Shown here piece after piece: positions 15,970-24,500 of a stretch of DNA of 32,000 nt; the first letter of the stretch is position 1, and each line of letters begins with the position of its first letter. Both the position numbers and the translations under genes were made by a program. This stretch comes from Minicystis rosea (GTDB lineage: Bacteria > Myxococcota_A > Polyangia > Polyangiales > Polyangiaceae): NCBI GenBank assembly GCA_001931535.1, contig CP016211.1, positions 6,835,703 to 6,867,702 on the forward strand, given 5' to 3'. The notes under the pieces were generated by a model. It was not told where the DNA came from and did not search any database. It worked only from the letters and a program-made list of their open reading frames with translations.

Positions 15970-17469
15970 CTACCTTGGGCCGCGCACGTGGAACACGAGG
16001 TGCTCGGACAGCCATCCTCCTTTCCACTTTCCCAACACCGTACGACGGCCCTGCTCCAGCGCGTCGGCGTCGGGCATGAGCCCCGCGGTGTGTGTCGGCT
16101 CGACGGCCCGGCCGCCTCGACCCGCGGGCGGGCCGACGTGGACGAGGAGCTGTTCGAGCCCGCCCACCTCGTCGAGCTCGATCTCGACGGGCCATGGCTC
16201 CGAGGCTTTCAGCTCTCGCTCCTGGGTAATCGTGGCAAACGAGGGTGCGTGTCCCGGCCGGTGGGTGACCATCACGACGGTGAGCGTCCCTGCGCATCTC
16301 GCGGTGATCTCGACGCGAATCCGATCGCCGTGAGCAGCCGTGAGCATGGAGCCCGGCCCGACGGGGATCCATTCGCCGTCATCAAAGCCGAGGAGCGTCG
16401 AAGTCGCCGGGGGCCAAATCGCCGTGAGCCCTCCGCTGACGGATCGCACCAGCCAGCTATTTTTCAGCAGCTTGACGTTGTCGGCGACCGTGCGTTTATC
16501 GCTCCGCCCCAGGATGGTTTTGACGTCGTCGAGCGCGACGGGCCCCGGCAACGCGTCGAGGAACCGAGAAGCGAGCTCCAAAGACACCTCGCGAGATGCC
16601 ACCGCCTTGGGACGAGCGCCGGGCGTGGTGAGCTGACGGAGCAGCTCCGCAAAACGCTCCCGCTCGGTCAGTGATGGGCTGACCGCGGGCCCAAAGGGCG
16701 TGAGGCGGCCCGCGCCATCAGCGCTCTTTCGACGCGCCCAATCCTCGGTGATGCTTCGCTCCGCCTCGTCGATCCCAAGCACGCTCTGCTGCAAGAAATT
16801 CCATATCTCCCGCGCGTTCCCCGGCCACGCCAGCGGGTGTCGCGAGAGGCGCTCCACCGCGGCGAGCGCCTCCCCCTTGAACGGCTCCTCGAGCCCCAGC
16901 GCCTCCGCCTGCGCGGCGGCGATCCGCCGCGCCTCTGCTGGGCTCTCCCGCAACGACGGCAGCGTGATTCGAAAGACGTTGATGCGATGATAGAGGTCCT
17001 CCCGGAAGAGGCCTTGATTGCACATCTCGCGCAAATCGCGGTTGGTCGCCGCGACGAGCCGAAAGTTGGCTTTGTGCTCTTCGGTGCTGCCCACGCGGCG
17101 ATAGACGCGCTCTTCGAGCAACGTGAGCAGCTTGGCTTGAACGGCGAGCGGGAGCTCTCCGATCTCGTCGAGGAACAGCGTCCCTCCCTCCGCCTTCTCG
17201 ACGATGCCGCGCGCGTCTTGCACCGCCGTGGTGAACGCGCCCTTCACGTGCCCGAACAGCATGCTGTCCGCAAGCTCGCTCGGAATCGCAGCGCAGTTCT
17301 GGGCGACGAAAGGGCGCTTCGCGCGCGCGCTCTCAGCGTGGATCCGCGCGGCTATCCGCGTCTTGCCCGTACCGGGCGCGCCGGTGATGAGGACATCTCC
17401 ATCCGCTTTGGCCACCTTCTCGATCCGCGCCTCGAGCGCGGGATCAAGAATGAGCTCGGTCGATCGCAC
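15970..17469 (-). CDS. sigma-54 activator (bEBP)-type AAA+ protein with variant GAFTTA loop, no receiver domain and a non-canonical C-terminus
   Basis: Track ORF 15970..17592. Start placed at GTG 17469, preceded by GGAGGAG. Walker A ITGAPGTGKT, Walker B GGTLFLDEIGE, FREDLYHRINV. The GAFTGA position reads GAFTTA (17224..17241). The C-terminal ~230 aa have a wHTH-like stretch (VALDDVKTILGRSDKRTVADNVKLLKNSWLV) and a beta-rich region instead of a Fis-type HTH. Confidence 0.85.
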   Translation of the reverse strand: MRSTELILDPALEARIEKVAKADGDVLITGAPGTGKTRIAARIHAESARAKRPFVAQNCAAIPSELADSMLFGHVKGAFTTAVQDARGIVEKAEGGTLFLDEIGELPLAVQAKLLTLLEERVYRRVGSTEEHKANFRLVAATNRDLREMCNQGLFREDLYHRINVFRITLPSLRESPAEARRIAAAQAEALGLEEPFKGEALAAVERLSRHPLAWPGNAREIWNFLQQSVLGIDEAERSITEDWARRKSADGAGRLTPFGPAVSPSLTERERFAELLRQLTTPGARPKAVASREVSLELASRFLDALPGPVALDDVKTILGRSDKRTVADNVKLLKNSWLVRSVSGGLTAIWPPATSTLLGFDDGEWIPVGPGSMLTAAHGDRIRVEITARCAGTLTVVMVTHRPGHAPSFATITQERELKASEPWPVEIELDEVGGLEQLLVHVGPPAGRGGRAVEPTHTAGLMPDADALEQGRRTVLGKWKGGWLSEHLVFHVRGPR

Positions 17470-17548
17470 GTGATCGCTCCTCCGTTCGGAGCCGGACGAT
17501 ACCAGCCCCGTGCCCGCCGAAGCCTCGAAAATCCTCCGCCTCGAGTCC

Positions 17549-17565
17549 TGCTGCAGATTGCAGCA
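17549..17565. promoter_or_regulatory. inverted repeat TGCTGCA-gat-TGCAGCA in the divergent intergenic region
   Basis: Perfect 7-bp arms with a 3-nt spacer, located between the bEBP-like gene (start 17469, minus) and the heme-oxygenase-like gene (start 17717, plus). Candidate activator or repressor site. Confidence 0.3.
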
Positions 17566-17604
17566 AAACGGCCTGCTGCGAGGCCCCTCCAAACCTCACA
17601 AACC

Positions 17605-17616
17605 AATGAATTCATT
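17605..17616. promoter_or_regulatory. AT-rich perfect palindrome AATGAATTCATT
   Basis: A 12-bp perfect palindrome forming a local AT island within very GC-rich DNA, in the same intergenic region. Confidence 0.25.
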
Positions 17617-17628
17617 ACGATTCAACGT

Positions 17629-17644
17629 TGGTGCGGCGGCTGCT
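17629..17644 (+). promoter_or_regulatory. sigma-54-like -24/-12 element
   Basis: TGGTGCGGCGGCTGCT has GG and GC at the canonical spacing of TGGCACG-N4-TTGC (GG at 17630-17631, GC at 17642-17643). It lies about 75 nt upstream of ATG 17717 and next to a bEBP-type gene. Three non-core positions (C4, A5, T12 of the consensus) deviate. Confidence 0.3.
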
Positions 17645-17716
17645 GTGAGGGCCTCCCGCGGCGGCGAGCACGAGGTCACGAAGGCCTCCTCGCCCGCCGC
17701 AGGGAGATATCGAGTC

Positions 17717-18358
17717 ATGCACGATCTCGTCATCAATCTGGATCGGGAGGTCAACCGGCTCGTCGACGTGCTCGACGAGCACCCCGTCGCGCGGACGCTC
17801 TTCGATGGGACCATCACGGCCGGTCACTATGCGCGCTACCTCGAACAGACGGAGTATTACGTCGGCGTCTCCGACGAGCTGCTCCGCGGCTCCGGCGAGC
17901 GGCTCCTCGCGACGCGCCGGCATCGGCCGCTCGCTCGGCTCCTTTTGCAGAAGTCCAAAGAGGAGAAGGGCCACGATCAGTGGGCGCGGGACGATCGCCG
18001 TGCGATCGGGTTCGGGGCGGCGGGCGTGGGGCCGGGGATCGCCGTGCGAGCGTACATCTACACGCATCGCTTCGAGATGGAGACGGGCTCGGGCGCGGCG
18101 TTCCTCGGCACGGCGTACGTGCTCGAAGCGCTCTCGGCGCGGCGCGCGCCCATCGCGGTGCAAAACCTCCTCGCCAAGAGCCGTATCCCCGGCATCGAAG
18201 GCGCGATTCGCTTTCTCAAAGGGCACGGCGAGGCCGATCAGGATCACATCCGAGAGCTCGCAACCAAGCTGCGCTCGTTCACCGATCCGGAGGACACCGA
18301 GGCCATCCTCCGCTCGGCGAAGAACACCGCACGCTTCTTCCCGGAGTTCTTCTCGTGA
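17717..18358 (+). CDS. heme-oxygenase-like fold protein (possible HO-like di-iron oxidase / iron-containing redox enzyme family)
   Basis: ATG 17717 lies within track ORF 17510..18358, with GGGAGA upstream. All-helical sequence with HYARYLEQTEYYV, EEKGHDQWARDD, AYVLEALS, FLKGHGEADQDHI (E..H-type ligand pairs). Confidence 0.6.
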   Translation: MHDLVINLDREVNRLVDVLDEHPVARTLFDGTITAGHYARYLEQTEYYVGVSDELLRGSGERLLATRRHRPLARLLLQKSKEEKGHDQWARDDRRAIGFGAAGVGPGIAVRAYIYTHRFEMETGSGAAFLGTAYVLEALSARRAPIAVQNLLAKSRIPGIEGAIRFLKGHGEADQDHIRELATKLRSFTDPEDTEAILRSAKNTARFFPEFFS

Positions 18359-19140
18359 GCCCCCGCATTCATGCCTCCGTCGTCGAGGGCCCCGCGGCCA
18401 TCGCCGAGTGCCAGCGCGTTCGACATCAGGTGTACGTCGTGGAGAAAGGGCTCTTGAGCCACGACACCACGGCGCTCGATCGGGAGGAGGACGAGTACGA
18501 CGCTCTCGACACCACCGTTCACCTCCTCGCCCGCGTGGACGGCGAGGCGGTCGCGACGGTGCGCCTGCTCCGCCCGAACCCGCATGTCGCAGGAGCATTC
18601 GGGCAAGCGATCGGCATCGGGCTCGCGGCGCGCTACGACCTCGCGTCGCTCGCGGTGCCGGGCATCTCACTCGCGGAGGGCTCGCGCCTGTGCGTGCTCC
18701 CCAAGCACCGCGGCGGCGCCGTCTTCGGCGCGCTCTCTGCCGAGATGATCCGTGCGGGCCTACGCCTCGGGCTCACGCACCTCGTCATCGCGGCCAACAC
18801 CGAGACCGACTCCATCGAGGACGCGGAGATCGCGTATCGGGTCGCCGTGCGCGACGGGTTCGCGAGCGCTCGCTTCCGGGTCGTCCCGAGGCGCGGGGCC
18901 AGCGCATCCGGGCCGTCGCACCGCGGGATCTACACGGCAGAGGAGCGGGCACGGGCGCGCGCAGGAGACCTCACAGGCCTGCAGCTCCCTCGGATGCTGC
19001 GGACGTTCGCGGAGCACCTCGCGGCGCGGTACATGGGGCCACCCATCCGCGAGAAGGGCTATACGGTCTGCTCGTTGCCCGCCGTGATCGATCTCGAAGA
19101 GGCCTTCCGTACCCAGGCATTCCGCCGCGCGATCATGTGA
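18355..19140 (+). CDS. GNAT-fold N-acyl amino acid synthase / LuxI-like acyltransferase
   Basis: This is the tail of track ORF 16837..19140. GTG 18355 overlaps the previous stop as GTGA. CQRVRHQVYVVEKGLL...REEDEYDALDTTVHLLARVDGEAVATVRLL and EGSRLCVLPKHRG match my recollection of the exosortase-associated N-acyl amino acid synthase / FeeM-type family. Confidence 0.7.
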   Translation: MSPRIHASVVEGPAAIAECQRVRHQVYVVEKGLLSHDTTALDREEDEYDALDTTVHLLARVDGEAVATVRLLRPNPHVAGAFGQAIGIGLAARYDLASLAVPGISLAEGSRLCVLPKHRGGAVFGALSAEMIRAGLRLGLTHLVIAANTETDSIEDAEIAYRVAVRDGFASARFRVVPRRGASASGPSHRGIYTAEERARARAGDLTGLQLPRMLRTFAEHLAARYMGPPIREKGYTVCSLPAVIDLEEAFRTQAFRRAIM

Positions 19141-19181
19141 GCAACGGATTCGCGTCGAGCATCCGGCGTTCGTCCCGTGAT

Positions 19182-20276
19182 ATGTTGCGACATATGAGCG
19201 ATGGTGTGGGGCTCATTCGCAACGAAGAACGCCGGATGATGGCGATCTCCGAGGGGCTGAGCTCCTCGTTCGATGTGGAGATCGCGCTGCGCCGCGGCTT
19301 CGAGGGGATCCTGAAGCTCGTCGGTGCGGACTACGGCGCGGTGGCTCTGGCGGGGCCGGAGCGCGGCGCGCCGCTCCGTTGGCCAACCCCATTGCAAGTG
19401 GATCTTCCGCCCATCTTCCTCAGTACGTACCAGGAGATGAGCGAGCATGATTTCTTGCGCGACGCGGCGATCAAACAGCCCAACATCGTGCTGCGCGATC
19501 ACCAGATGATCCACCGGCGCGGGTTCCAACAGAACCCGTTCGTCATCCGCGCGCGCGAGATCGGCGCGCCGATCGAGCAGGTGATGTCGCTCCTGATCGT
19601 CGTCGAAGGCGTCGGCCTCTGCGGGCTGGCGCTGTACCGCGATCGACAGCGCCCGTTCTCCGCGGACGCACAGCGCATGTTGCAACGGCTCACGCCGACG
19701 CTCAAGAACACCGTCGAGAGATGCTGGCAGTACGGCGAGCTCAGCCGGCAGCGATCGTTAATCGAGACAGTCCTCAAAAAGCGGCACCACGCGATCGTCA
19801 TCGTGCCGCCGTCCAATAGAGAGATCGAGCTCACCCCGGCGGCGACCGAGCTGCTCGACGCGTGGTTCGAACCCGTGGAGCGTCGCGGTGGCGCCCTGCC
19901 TCAACCCCTCCTCGACGCGCTGAAGAAGGCGATGGCCACCGAGGAAAAAGGCCTACCGCCAAAGCCTTGGACGGTGAAGGGGAAGACCGCAGATCTCAAG
20001 GTGAGGTTCTCCCGACACTCGGAGTTGCGCGGCAACCCGTCGTGGGCAATCGAGCTCCAGGAGGAGCTTCACCTCCCTGCATCCTGGCGTGAGCGCCTCA
20101 CGGATCGACAAGCTCAAGTGGCGGAGAAGTTGGTCCTCGGGTGGGAGAGCCGCCTCATCGCCGAAGAGCTGGGGTGCCGCACGCGCACGGTAGAGACGCA
20201 CGTCCAAAGCATCCTCGACGCGCTCGGCATGCCCGATCGCCGAGCGCTCATGCTCCACGCAAAAGACACGGATTGA
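19182..20276 (+). CDS. LuxR-family transcriptional regulator (GAF-like N-terminal domain plus C-terminal GerE/LuxR HTH)
   Basis: This is the tail of track ORF 17805..20276. Start at ATG 19182 or 19194. C-terminal LTDRQAQVAEKLVLGWESRLIAEELGCRTRTVETHVQSILDALGM is a LuxR-type HTH. The N-terminus has GAF-like features: GILKLVGADYGAVAL..., GLCGLALYRD. Confidence 0.85.
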   Translation: MLRHMSDGVGLIRNEERRMMAISEGLSSSFDVEIALRRGFEGILKLVGADYGAVALAGPERGAPLRWPTPLQVDLPPIFLSTYQEMSEHDFLRDAAIKQPNIVLRDHQMIHRRGFQQNPFVIRAREIGAPIEQVMSLLIVVEGVGLCGLALYRDRQRPFSADAQRMLQRLTPTLKNTVERCWQYGELSRQRSLIETVLKKRHHAIVIVPPSNREIELTPAATELLDAWFEPVERRGGALPQPLLDALKKAMATEEKGLPPKPWTVKGKTADLKVRFSRHSELRGNPSWAIELQEELHLPASWRERLTDRQAQVAEKLVLGWESRLIAEELGCRTRTVETHVQSILDALGMPDRRALMLHAKDTD

Positions 20277-20308
20277 CCTCGGAAGCGACGGCGCCCTCGA
20301 CGCCCGCG

Positions 20309-21541
20309 CTACGCAGTTTGGCCGCCCCGCATCGTGATGACGTGAATGCCCTTGGAGGGCACGTTGAGGTGGCGCGCGAGGCTCGGGATCGGGCTCGCGT
20401 CGTCGTCGCTCGCGAGCAGCACGGCCTTCGCCTTGCCGATGACGGCTTGCTTCACCAGCGGCCAGCCGGCGCCGTGGGAGGTGCCGTTCGTGGCCGCGAA
20501 GATCGGTAAGAGCATGCCGTTCTCGAGCAGTTGCTGCAGCGCCAAGGGATTGAAGCGCACGTGATGGAACCGAAAGGCTTCGGCGACCAGATCCTTCAGA
20601 TCCACCGAGGGATGCTCCGGGAGCGGGAGCACGATCGGCGCCGGAGCGTCGGGCTTGTGCCTGAAATCCTCGGAGCAAGCGTGGGCGATGCGCTTCCGTG
20701 CGTGCCAAACCGCGCGCTGGCTCCAGGCGCGAAGGGAGAGCACGCGGACGTCGCGGTCCGAGAGCGTGCCGCGCAGGATCTCCTCCAGCGGATCGTCGCT
20801 CATGTCGTCGTCGGAGAGATCCTGCGGATCGGGCTCGGCGAGGATCCAGGCTTGTTGCCGGAGCACGAAGCTCTCGAGCTCCGGCGTGCCCATGGGTGGA
20901 AGATCGGTGTACCCCATCGGCCGGAGGTTGGCCTCCCGCACCTTCGCCTCATCGGCTCTGCGCTTCTCCGGTGTCATCGAGGTGAGCACGACGTAGCCCT
21001 CGGCGAACGGCTCGTTCGGCCGCATCTCCAGGAGCCGCTGGGTCACGGCGTCGATGGCTTCTTCGACGGTGTCGTCGGCGACCGCGACCACGTGGATGAT
21101 GCCCACGCCGCGAAAGGCGAGGAACGTGCGGGATCGCTCCCCCTCCGGCGGATCGACGTCATACCCATGTGACACGAAAAACCGCTTCGCGCGCCGCATG
21201 TACACGTCGTGGGGCGACCGCGACGCGCGCCGCGTTCGCTCGTCGGCCTCGCCGAGGGCCTCCGCGAACACGTCGGCCTCCCTGCGATCACCGCAGAGAA
21301 ACTCGGCGTTCTTGAGGAAGGCGCGGAGCGGCGGCTCTTCACCGCCCCGTGGCTGCCACGTGCTCAGCGTGTTGAAGACGACCAGGAGGTGACTCCTCGG
21401 CGCGGAGCGTGATGATGGCGACGGCAGCGCGGAGCGCACGTTCGACGGGAGCACTTCGACGAGCGCCTCCACGTCGAGCGCGCACGCGCAGGCCGCCGTC
21501 ACCAAGCGGTGGATGGTCGCCTCCGAGAGAAACAACGCCAC
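20309..21541 (-). CDS. adaptor (EAD-like) N-terminal domain protein with uncharacterised middle and C-terminal regions
   Basis: Track ORF 20309..21541. GTG start preceded by GGAGG, 19 nt after the ATPase stop. The first ~100 aa are alignable with the CHAT protein N-terminus. No Walker A and no recognisable catalytic motif in the remainder. Confidence 0.8.
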   Translation of the reverse strand: MALFLSEATIHRLVTAACACALDVEALVEVLPSNVRSALPSPSSRSAPRSHLLVVFNTLSTWQPRGGEEPPLRAFLKNAEFLCGDRREADVFAEALGEADERTRRASRSPHDVYMRRAKRFFVSHGYDVDPPEGERSRTFLAFRGVGIIHVVAVADDTVEEAIDAVTQRLLEMRPNEPFAEGYVVLTSMTPEKRRADEAKVREANLRPMGYTDLPPMGTPELESFVLRQQAWILAEPDPQDLSDDDMSDDPLEEILRGTLSDRDVRVLSLRAWSQRAVWHARKRIAHACSEDFRHKPDAPAPIVLPLPEHPSVDLKDLVAEAFRFHHVRFNPLALQQLLENGMLLPIFAATNGTSHGAGWPLVKQAVIGKAKAVLLASDDDASPIPSLARHLNVPSKGIHVITMRGGQTA

Positions 21542-21560
21542 GGCGCACCTCCGTCGGCGA

Positions 21561-24500
21561 TCAGGGACGACCTGCGCTCTCGCGGATCCTCCGCGCGAGC
21601 AGGAGCAGATCGGCGTCCGGGATCTGCTCCGTCGCGAGCACGCTGCGCAGGGTCCTCACGTGGCTCACGTTCCCCGCGCGGACGAGGTGGAACTCTCCCG
21701 TCTCTTGCCCGGGCAGCCGCGAGAGCACGTCGATCGGGCTCTCGCTGACCATGGGCTTGAGCTTGGCGAGCGCCGTCTGCTCTTTCACGCGGCCGAGGAA
21801 CCACGTGCGAATCGTGTCGCGGCAGCGGTAGTCGAGATCGCCGGGGCTCTGCGTCGCGAGCATCACCCCGAGCCCTGCCGAGCGGCCGCGCTTCAGCAAG
21901 CTCTCCATGGGGGCTTTGGTGGCGGGCTGGCGCTGCGCGGGGAGGTAGAGATCCGCCTCGTCGAAGAGGATCGCCGCCTGAAGCTCATTTCGTGGGCGCT
22001 TGCCCGCCCACCGCAGGATCGCGAGGAGGAGCTGCGCGACCCAGAACTGGATCTGCGCGTCGTCGCGGAGGAACTTGGTGCTGATGACCGAGAGCCGCGC
22101 GCGCCCCGGCCGCGCGTGCGCGCCCTTGCCGAGGAACAGATCGATGTCGAGCGGCTCGCTGCCCGCGCCGAAGAGCCGAGAGCCCGTGACCTTCAGCGTC
22201 TCCAGGCCCTGCACGATTTGGGCGAAGAGCTTGATGTCGAGTCTCCCGACCGCCGCCACGAGCTCCTGATCCTGGTCCCCGATGAAGTCGATCAGCGTGT
22301 CGAGCCCGATGTGCGAGATCGTCTGCGAGAGCACGCGAAGCGCCTGCATGAGGATGGCGCGCTTCGTCGCGTCGCCCCCCGTCTGCTTGTAGTTGAGCAT
22401 GTCCCCGAGCGCGTGCGCGGCGAGATCGGCGGCCTCCTCGCGCTCGAACTGCGGCAGCTCCGCGAGCCCTTCGGGCACCACCGAGATCGAGATCGGCCGG
22501 CCCTCCGGGTGGCCCGGCGTGAAGAGCGCGACATCCACGTTCGACAAGAGCCGCTTGCGACGCTCGTCGAGCGCGGCGTCGGCGATGGGCCGTTGCAACA
22601 CCTCCTGCCGCGCGTAGCCCGCGAGATCGCCCTTGCGATCCACCATGATGACGGGCACGCCGCTCACGAGGAGCTGCTCGATCACGCTCAGCGCGACCGT
22701 CGTCTTGCCGCTCCCCGAACCGCCGAGGAACGCTGCATGACAGGTGAGCTCCGCGGGCGTGATGTGCACCGGCTTCGGCGCCACGCCCGCCGTCGTGCCG
22801 ACGAGCGCGCCCGCGACGTCGCTCGAGGGCGTGCTCGGCGTCGTGGTGGCCTTCGGCGTGGTGGGCGCGCGCGGCTCGCTGACGCGGGCCGCGGGGACGG
22901 TGGACGCGGGCGTGCCGAGCCGCTCCACGTGATCGAGATCGAGGATGTCGCGGATCGAGCCGAGGCGCGACATGTGGTTCTCGTCCGCGCGCCACTCGTG
23001 GAAGAACGGCTCGCGATCGTGAAGCTCGGTGAAGCGCTGGAGCGCGAGCATCGCCCGCCACTCCGCGTCCTGGATGATCACGCGGCGCCCGCCGCCCTTG
23101 AGCGCGAGGGCGATCTGCTGGGTGACGGACTTGGCCGCCGAGAACTCGTCGTTGCGCGTGAGCACGAGGATGGGCTGGTTCGCGTCGTCGCGCGCCGCCT
23201 TGGTGTGCTGGGAGATCTGCCGCGCGAGCCAGCCGAAGTTCGCTTGTCTGTTGCAGAGCGCCACATAAAGGTGCTCGCTTCGACGCCGCTCCGGGCCCCA
23301 CGCGGTGACGTGCACGGCGCCGTCGCCTTCGCTCGTGTCGAAGCGGTGCCCACTCTCCAGCTCCTCGCCTGCGCGGACGATCGCCCAGGCGAGCAGCGGG
23401 ACGAGCTCGGCCTCCTCTTCCGACGGCGAGGACGTGCTCGCAGCGAGGAAGTCGTTCCATCGCTGCTCCCATTGCTCCACCGCCTTGAAGCGCGCGGTCG
23501 ACTCGACGGGCGGGGGCTCCGCGATCGTCGAGGGGCGGGCGTCGACGAGCGCGCCGGCCTTCTTGCAGCGCTGCCGGTACTCGCGGCAGCCCTCGATGAG
23601 ATCGCGCGTGCGAAGCTGCGCGCGGGCCTCGATGATCGAGGGAGGGAACGGGTAGAGCGGGTCCCGCTCGTCGAGCTCGGCGCCGGCGCTCGCGTAGAGG
23701 CAGCGCAGCCGCTCGACGACGATGCTGCGCGCCTCGTCGGCCGTGCGCTGGGCCCGCAATTGGATCGGATCCGGATCGTGCTCGATGCGGTCGAGGAGCG
23801 AGCGGTGCAGCGTGCCCTTGAGCTGCCTGTACGCGTCCTCCAAGCAGCTCAGCACGACGATGATGGACGGGATCTCCGCGAGGTCGCCCAGCGTGGTCAT
23901 CGCGTGACGGAACGGCGCGCTGATCGCTTCGAGATCGTAGAGGCCTTCGAGCTGATCGATGCACAGCACGAGCGCCATCGGCGACTCGGGGACGGCGGCG
24001 AGGAGCTTGCCGAGCTGTTGGATCATCCACGCTGGGTGCTCGTCGTGGGTCTTCGGCATGATGCCGCCGATGCGCTTGCGATCCGTCTCGGCGATGTCCT
24101 CGCAGCGGAGGAACTTGAAGATGCGGCTCTTGATCCGCGGATCGGGCCGGTGGAGGAAGAGCAACGCGCGCAGGAGATCGATGTCCGCGTTTCGATAAGC
24201 CCCTTCGAGGAGCCGATCCACGCCGGTGTTGACGAGATCGGCGACCTCGTCGTCGTCGAGCTCGGCGTCATCCCGGAGCATCGCCGCGAGCTTCGGCTCG
24301 AAGGCGCGCGACGCGAGCAGCGCCGCGATCCGCACGAGCCCGGTGCGCATGTCCACGGGCTCGTCGTACGGTTGATCGAGCGAATCGATGAGGTTACTGA
24401 GCACGTAGCGCGCGTAGTTGTTCGCCGCCGACGTGAGCTGCATGTACCCCACGAAACCCACGCGATTCTTGTGCACGTGGCTGCGGAACGCGCGGAGCAA

